A stretch of DNA of 63,951 nucleotides, from positions 1 through 63,951 of the forward strand of contig NIVC01004025.1 of the NCBI GenBank assembly GCA_002269645.1. The letters are read 5' to 3'. Origin of the DNA: Macrostomum lignano (taxonomy: Eukaryota). Of this stretch, positions 55,689 through 63,951 are shown piece after piece; position 1 is the first letter of the stretch, and each line of letters begins with the position of its first letter. A program made the position numbers and the translations under genes. Under the pieces are notes generated by a model that was not told the origin of the DNA, did no database searches, and saw only the letters and a list, made by a program, of their open reading frames with translations.

Positions 55689-56934
55689 TATCCGTGCAGG
55701 CAGTCAGTCTATTTGTGAATTTTCTGGTGGATCTGAAGAAAACCCGTCCGGCACAGGATTAAAGAGAAAGAGACGATCTGTTTTGGGTGAGTATTATCTG
55801 CTGTAGAAGTATTGTACACCAGAGTACTTGTGTTACTTGGTAGAGCACAATTCAAAAGCAATGCAACAATCTCAGTGGCATTGTTGGGACACAAGCTACA
55901 AACGCAATGAATAGTAAACACAGCCCAGCCTAGCTCAAGGCTAGTAATTTGTTGGGCATTTATTGGGACATTGCAGCCAGGCCTATTTTTTGAACAGCAT
56001 TTGTTGGGTCGCACTTATTGGGACAATACTGATTCTAATCGCGACTACTTCTGAGTTCTGACTTTTCAAAACAGACCCAGCATTAGTTGAACACGTTCTA
56101 TTAAAGGGTTCCTTTATAGCCTATTAATGATTACTAAAGCAAGCCTATCTTAATTGATTTCTTTTCCTCGCAGATTCTGAAGTCAGCCACGCCAGCGACA
56201 TGCCTAAGAGACAAGAATGCGCTTTAACGATCAGCAGCGAGCATTCTGATCTCGCCGCTGCATCCGTCATTTGGTTCACTTGCTGCTCACAAGCCGCAGC
56301 AGCAGCAGCAGCAGCAGCAGCAGCCGCTATCCGTGCAGGCAGTCAGTCTATTTGTGAATTTTCTGGTGGATCTGAAGAAAACCCGTCCGGCACAGGATTA
56401 AAGAGAAAGAGACGATCTGTTTTGGGTGAGTATTATCTGCTGTAGAAGTATTGTACACCAGAGTACTTGTGTTACTTGGTAGAGCACAATTCAAAAGCAA
56501 TGCAACAATCTCAGTGGCATTGTTGGGACACAAGCTACAAACGCAATGAATAGTAAACACAGCCCAGCCTAGCTCAAGGCTAGTAATTTGTTGGGCATTT
56601 ATTGGGACATTGCAGCCAGGCCTATTTTTTGAACAGCATTTGTTGGGTCGCACTTATTGGGACAATACTGATTCTAATCGCGACTACTTCTGAGTTCTGA
56701 CTTTTCAAAACAGACCCAGCATTAGTTGAACACGTTCTATTAAAGGGTTCCTTTATAGCCTATTAATGATTACTAAAGCAAGCCTATCTTAATTGATTTC
56801 TTTTCCTCGCAGATTCTGAAGTCAGCCACGCCAGCGACATGCCTAAGAGACAAGAATGCGCTTTAACGATCAGCAGCGAGCATTCTGATCTCGCCGCTGC
56901 ATCCGTCATTTGGTTCACTTGCTGCTCACAAGCC

Positions 56935-56985
<51 letters not shown>

Positions 56986-59501
56986 GCTATCCGTGCAGGC
57001 AGTCAGTCTATTTGTGAATTTTCTGGTGGATCTGAAGAAAACCCGTCCGGCACAGGATTAAAGAGAAAGAGACGATCTGTTTTGGGTGAGTATTATCTGC
57101 TGTAGAAGTATTGTACACCAGAGTACTTGTGTTACTGGTAGAGCACAATTCAAAAGCAATGCAACAATCTCAGTGGCATTGTTGGGACACAAGCTACAAA
57201 CGCAATGAATAGTAAACACAGCCCAGCCTAGCTCAAGGCTAGTAATTTGTTGGGCATTTATTGGGACATTGCAGCCAGGCCTATTTTTTGAACAGCATTT
57301 GTTGGGTCGCACTTATTGGGACAATACTGATTCTAATCGCGACTACTTCTGAGTTCTGACTTTTCAAAACAGACCCAGCATTAGTTGAACACGTTCTATT
57401 AAAGGGTTCCTTTATAGCCTATTAATGATTACTAAAGCAAGCCTATCTTAATTGATTTCTTTTCCTCGCAGATTCTGAAGTCAGCCACGCCAGCGACATG
57501 CCTAAGAGACAAGAATGCGCTTTAACGATCAGCAGCGAGCATTCTGATCTCGCCGCTGCATCCGTCATTTGGTTCACTTGCTGCTCACAAGCCGCAGCAG
57601 CACAGCAGCAGCAGCCGCTATCCGTGCAGGCAGTCAGTCTATTTGTGAATTTTCTGGTGGATCTGAAGAAAACCCGTCCGGCACAGGATTAAAGAGAAAG
57701 AGACGATCTGTTTTGGGTGAGTATTATCTGCTGTAGAAGTATTGTACACCAGAGTACTTGTGTTACTTGGTAGAGCACAATTCAAAAGCAATGCAACAAT
57801 CTCAGTGGCATTGTTGGGACACAAGCTACAAACGCAATGAATAGTAAACACAGCCCAGCCTAGCTCAAGGCTAGTAATTTGTTGGGCATTTATTGGGACA
57901 TTGCAGCCAGGCCTATTTTTTGAACAGCATTTGTTGGGTCGCACTTATTGGGACAATACTGATTCTAATCGCGACTACTTCTGAGTTCTGACTTTTCAAA
58001 CAGACCCAGCATTAGTTGAACACGTTCTATTAAAGGGTTCCTTTATAGCCTATTAATGATTACTAAAGCAAGCCTATCTTAATTGATTTCTTTTCCTCGC
58101 AGATTCTGAAGTCAGCCACGCCAGCGACATGCCTAAGAGACAAGAATGCGCTTTAACGATCAGCAGCGAGCATTCTGATCTCGCCGCTGCATCCGTCATT
58201 TGGTTCACTTGCTGCTCACAAGCCGCAGCAGCAGCAGCCAGCAGCAGCAGCAGCAGCAGCCGCTATCCGTGCAGGCAGTCAGTCTATTTGTGAATTTTCT
58301 GGTGGATCTGAAGAAAACCCGTCCGGCACAGGATTAAAGAGAAAGAGACGATCTGTTTTGGGTGAGTATTATCTGCTGTAGAAGTATTGTACACCAGAGT
58401 ACTTGTGTTACTTGGTAGAGCACAATTCAAAAGCAATGCAACAATCTCAGTGGCATTGTTGGGACACAAGCTACAAACGCAATGAATAGTAAACACAGCC
58501 CAGCCTAGCTCAAGGCTAGTAATTTGTTGGGCATTTATTGGGACATTGCAGCCAGGCCTATTTTTTGAACAGCATTTGTTGGGTCGCACTTATTGGGACA
58601 ATACTGATTCTAATCGCGACTACTTCTGAGTTCTGACTTTTCAAAACAGACCCAGCATTAGTTGAACACGTTCTATTAAAGGGTTCCTTTATAGCCTATT
58701 AATGATTACTAAAGCAAGCCTATCTTAATTGATTTCTTTTCCTCGCAGATTCTGAAGTCAGCCACGCCAGCGACATGCCTAAGAGACAAGAATGCGCTTT
58801 AACGATCAGCAGCGAGCATTCTGATCTCGCCGCTGCATCCGTCATTTGGTTCACTTGCTGCTCACAAGCCGCAGCAGCACAGCAGCAGCAGCCGCTATCC
58901 GTGCAGGCAGTCAGTCTATTTGTGAATTTTCTGGTGGATCTGAAGAAAACCCGTCCGGCACAGGATTAAAGAGAAAGAGACGATCTGTTTTGGGTGAGTA
59001 TTATCTGCTGTAGAAGTATTGTACACCAGAGTACTTGTGTTACTTGGTAGAGCACAATTCAAAAGCAATGCAACAATCTCAGTGGCATTGTTGGGACACA
59101 AGCTACAAACGCAATGAATAGTAAACACAGCCCAGCCTAGCTCAAGGCTAGTAATTTGTTGGGCATTTATTGGGACATTGCAGCCAGGCCTATTTTTTGA
59201 ACAGCATTTGTTGGGTCGCACTTATTGGGACAATACTGATTCTAATCGCGACTACTTCTGAGTTCTGACTTTTCAAAACAGACCCAGCATTAGTTGAACA
59301 CGTTCTATTAAAGGGTTCCTTTATAGCCTATTAATGATTACTAAAGCAAGCCTATCTTAATTGATTTCTTTTCCTCGCAGATTCTGAAGTCAGCCACGCC
59401 AGCGACATGCCTAAGAGACAAGAATGCGCTTTAACGATCAGCAGCGAGCATTCTGATCTCGCCGCTGCATCCGTCATTTGGTTCACTTGCTGCTCACAGC
59501 C

Positions 59502-59537
<36 letters not shown>

Positions 59538-60775
59538 GCTATCCGTGCAGGCAGTCAGTCTATTTGTGAATTTTCTGGTGGATCTGAAGAAAACCCGTCC
59601 GGCACAGGATTAAAGAGAAAGAGACGATCTGTTTTGGGTGAGTATTATCTGCTGTAGAAGTATTGTACACCAGAGTACTTGTGTTACTTGGTAGAGCACA
59701 ATTCAAAAGCAATGCAACAATCTCAGTGGCATTGTTGGGACACAAGCTACAAACGCAATGAATAGTAAACACAGCCCAGCCTAGCTCAAGGCTAGTAATT
59801 TGTTGGGCATTTATTGGGACATTGCAGCCAGGCCTATTTTTTGAACAGCATTTGTTGGGTCGCACTTATTGGGACAATACTGATTCTAATCGCGACTACT
59901 TCTGAGTTCTGACTTTTCAAAACAGACCCAGCATTAGTTGAACACGTTCTATTAAAGGGTTCCTTTATAGCCTATTAATGATTACTAAAGCAAGCCTATC
60001 TTAATTGATTTCTTTTCCTCGCAGATTCTGAAGTCAGCCACGCCAGCGACATGCCTAAGAGACAAGAATGCGCTTTAACGATCAGCAGCGAGCATTCTGA
60101 TCTCGCCGCTGCATCCGTCATTTGGTTCACTTGCTGCTCACAAGCCGCAGCGCAGCAGCAGCAGCAGCAGCCGCTATCCGTGCAGGCAGTCAGTCTATTT
60201 GTGAATTTTCTGGTGGATCTGAAGAAAACCCGTCCGGCACAGGATTAAAGAGAAAGAGACGATCTGTTTTGGGTGAGTATTATCTGCTGTAGAAGTATTG
60301 TACACCAGAGTACTTGTGTTACTTGGTAGAGCACAATTCAAAAGCAATGCAACAATCTCAGTGGCATTGTTGGGACACAAGCTACAAACGCAATGAATAG
60401 TAAACACAGCCCAGCCTAGCTCAAGGCTAGTAATTTGTTGGGCATTTATTGGGACATTGCAGCCAGGCCTATTTTTTGAACAGCATTTGTTGGGTCGCAC
60501 TTATTGGGACAATACTGATTCTAATCGCGACTACTTCTGAGTTCTGACTTTTCAAAACAGACCCAGCATTAGTTGAACACGTTCTATTAAAGGGTTCCTT
60601 TATAGCCTATTAATGATTACTAAAGCAAGCCTATCTTAATTGATTTCTTTTCCTCGCAGATTCTGAAGTCAGCCACGCCAGCGACATGCCTAAGAGACAA
60701 GAATGCGCTTTAACGATCAGCAGCGAGCATTCTGATCTCGCCGCTGCATCCGTCATTTGGTTCACTTGCTGCTCA

Positions 60776-60822
<47 letters not shown>

Positions 60823-61435
60823 GCTATCCGTGCAGGCAGTCAGTCTATTTGTGAATTTTCTGGTGGATCTGAAGAAAACCCGTCCGGCACAGGATTAAAG
60901 AGAAAGAGACGATCTGTTTTGGGTGAGTATTATCTGCTGTAGAAGTATTGTACACCAGAGTACTTGTGTTACTTGGTAGAGCACAATTCAAAAGCAATGC
61001 AACAATCTCAGTGGCATTGTTGGGACACAAGCTACAAACGCAATGAATAGTAAACACAGCCCAGCCTAGCTCAAGGCTAGTAATTTGTTGGGCATTTATT
61101 GGGACATTGCAGCCAGGCCTATTTTTTGAACAGCATTTGTTGGGTCGCACTTATTGGGACAATACTGATTCTAATCGCGACTACTTCTGAGTTCTGACTT
61201 TTCAAAACAGACCCAGCATTAGTTGAACACGTTCTATTAAAGGGTTCCTTTATAGCCTATTAATGATTACTAAAGCAAGCCTATCTTAATTGATTTCTTT
61301 TCCTCGCAGATTCTGAAGTCAGCCACGCCAGCGACATGCCTAAGAGACAAGAATGCGCTTTAACGATCAGCAGCGAGCATTCTGATCTCGCCGCTGCATC
61401 CGTCATTTGGTTCACTTGCTGCTCACAAGCCGCAG

Positions 61436-61471
<36 letters not shown>

Positions 61472-62717
61472 GCTATCCGTGCAGGCAGTCAGTCTATTTG
61501 TGAATTTTCTGGTGGATCTGAAGAAAACCCGTCCGGCACAGGATTAAAGAGAAAGAGACGATCTGTTTTGGGTGAGTATTATCTGCTGTAGAAGTATTGT
61601 ACACCAGAGTACTTGTGTTACTTGGTAGAGCACAATTCAAAAGCAATGCAACAATCTCAGTGGCATTGTTGGGACACAAGCTACAAACGCAATGAATAGT
61701 AAACACAGCCCAGCCTAGCTCAAGGCTAGTAATTTGTTGGGCATTTATTGGGACATTGCAGCCAGGCCTATTTTTTGAACAGCATTTGTTGGGTCGCACT
61801 TATTGGGACAATACTGATTCTAATCGCGACTACTTCTGAGTTCTGACTTTTCAAAACAGACCCAGCATTAGTTGAACACGTTCTATTAAAGGGTTCCTTT
61901 ATAGCCTATTAATGATTACTAAAGCAAGCCTATCTTAATTGATTTCTTTTCCTCGCAGATTCTGAAGTCAGCCACGCCAGCGACATGCCTAAGAGACAAG
62001 AATGCGCTTTAACGATCAGCAGCGAGCATTCTGATCTCGCCGCTGCATCCGTCATTTGGTTCACTTGCTGCTCACAAGCCGCAGCAGCAGCAGCAGCAGC
62101 AGCAGCAGCCGCTATCCGTGCAGGCAGTCAGTCTATTTGTGAATTTTCTGGTGGATCTGAAGAAAACCCGTCCGGCACAGGATTAAAGAGAAAGAGACGA
62201 TCTGTTTTGGGTGAGTATTATCTGCTGTAGAAGTATTGTACACCAGAGTACTTGTGTTACTTGGTAGAGCACAATTCAAAAGCAATGCAACAATCTCAGT
62301 GGCATTGTTGGGACACAAGCTACAAACGCAATGAATAGTAAACACAGCCCAGCCTAGCTCAAGGCTAGTAATTTGTTGGGCATTTATTGGGACATTGCAG
62401 CCAGGCCTATTTTTTGAACAGCATTTGTTGGGTCGCACTTATTGGGACAATACTGATTCTAATCGCGACTACTTCTGAGTTCTGACTTTTCAAAACAGAC
62501 CCAGCATTAGTTGAACACGTTCTATTAAAGGGTTCCTTTATAGCCTATTAATGATTACTAAAGCAAGCCTATCTTAATTGATTTCTTTTCCTCGCAGATT
62601 CTGAAGTCAGCCACGCCAGCGACATGCCTAAGAGACAAGAATGCGCTTTAACGATCAGCAGCGAGCATTCTGATCTCGCCGCTGCATCCGTCATTTGGTT
62701 CACTTGCTGCTCACAAG

Positions 62718-62756
<39 letters not shown>

Positions 62757-63358
62757 GCTATCCGTGCAGGCAGTCAGTCTTTGTGAATTTTCTGGTGGAT
62801 CTGAAGAAAACCCGTCCGGCACAGGATTAAAGAGAAAGAGACGATCTGTTTTGGGTGAGTATTATCTGCTGTAGAAGTATTGTACACCAGAGTACTTGTG
62901 TTACTTGGTAGAGCACAATTCAAAAGCAATGCAACAATCTCAGTGGCATTGTTGGGACACAAGCTACAAACGCAATGAATAGTAAACACAGCCCAGCCTA
63001 GCTCAAGGCTAGTAATTTGTTGGGCATTTATTGGGACATTGCAGCCAGGCCTATTTTTTGAACAGCATTTGTTGGGTCGCACTTATTGGGACAATACTGA
63101 TTCTAATCGCGACTACTTCTGAGTTCTGACTTTTCAAAACAGACCCAGCATTAGTTGAACACGTTCTATTAAAGGGTTCCTTTATAGCCTATTAATGATT
63201 ACTAAAGCAAGCCTATCTTAATTGATTTCTTTTCCTCGCAGATTCTGAAGTCAGCCACGCCAGCGACATGCCTAAGAGACAAGAATGCGCTTTAACGATC
63301 AGCAGCGAGCATTCTGATCTCGCCGCTGCATCCGTCATTTGGTTCACTTGCTGCTCAC

Positions 63359-63399
<41 letters not shown>

Positions 63400-63951
63400 G
63401 CTATCCGTGCAGGCAGTCAGTCTATTTGTGAATTTTCTGGTGGATCTGAAGAAAACCCGTCCGGCACAGGATTAAAGAGAAAGAGACGATCTGTTTTGGG
63501 TGAGTATTATCTGCTGTAGAAGTATTGTACACCAGAGTACTTGTGTTACTTGGTAGAGCACAATTCAAAAGCAATGCAACAATCTCAGTGGCATTGTTGG
63601 GACACAAGCTACAAACGCAATGAATAGTAAACACAGCCCAGCCTAGCTCAAGGCTAGTAATTTGTTGGGCATTTATTGGGACATTGCAGCCAGGCCTATT
63701 TTTTGAACAGCATTTGTTGGGTCGCACTTATTGGGACAATACTGATTCTAATCGCGACTACTTCTGAGTTCTGACTTTTCAAAACAGACCCAGCATTAGT
63801 TGAACACGTTCTATTAAAGGGTTCCTTTATAGCCTATTAATGATTACTAAAGCAAGCCTATCTTAATTGATTTCTTTTCCTCGCAGATTCTGAAGTCAGC
63901 ACGCCAGCGACATGCCTAAGAGACAAGAATGCGCTTTAACGATCAGCAGCG

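Larger units (their letters stand above)
49806..63951 (+). repeat. Tandem array of ~630-670-bp exon+intron units with a variable CAG tract (at least 23 units, runs off the window)
   Basis: One divergent first unit, 21 full units (ATGCCTAAG at 50405, 51074, 51725 ... 63268) and a truncated unit at ~63912; flanks near-identical, length differences come mainly from (CAG)n. Confidence 0.98.

Noticed and set aside
49914-63727. Repeated 101-aa minus-strand ORF (RPNKCCSKN...)
   Set aside because: Starts at GTG, is antisense to the splice-flanked frame, is broken by 1-nt variants in several units and has no recognisable domain
49806-63951. CRISPR array or prokaryotic system
   Set aside because: Eukaryotic spliced genes, no unique spacers, no cas genes; units are ~640 bp and near-identical
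49806-63951. Spliced-leader RNA, snRNA, 5S or histone tandem gene array
   Set aside because: No recognisable SL exon/donor/Sm-site layout, no known snRNA or 5S sequence, no histone ORF; ATTTTTTG and AATTTTCTGG alone are insufficient

Overview
Eukaryotic (metazoan, invertebrate-like) genomic DNA that is very rich in micro- and minisatellites. The repeat style recalls free-living flatworms such as Macrostomum, but this is inference only. Manual splicing recovers four co-oriented minus-strand genes: a single-exon TNF-receptor-like membrane protein (47204-46725); a 10-exon MFSD4-family transporter (42728-33515) with a probable GC-AG intron; a 4-exon RGG-rich, six-cysteine Shisa/CX-like membrane protein (26050-23135); and a Shaw/Kv3-type K+ channel (19064-4578, S6 exon not found, apparent 1-nt frameshift at ~5145). 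Mobile elements are a full-length tRNA-derived SINE with a 16-bp TSD and a hAT/Charlie-type MITE whose left end is amplified 8 times. The last 14 kb is the most unusual part: at least 23 tandem ~640-bp units, each a splice-flanked symmetric phase-1 exon with a hypervariable CAG tract plus a near-identical intron. Most long ORFs in the supplied track are artefacts of simple repeats. Repeat boundaries are approximate.
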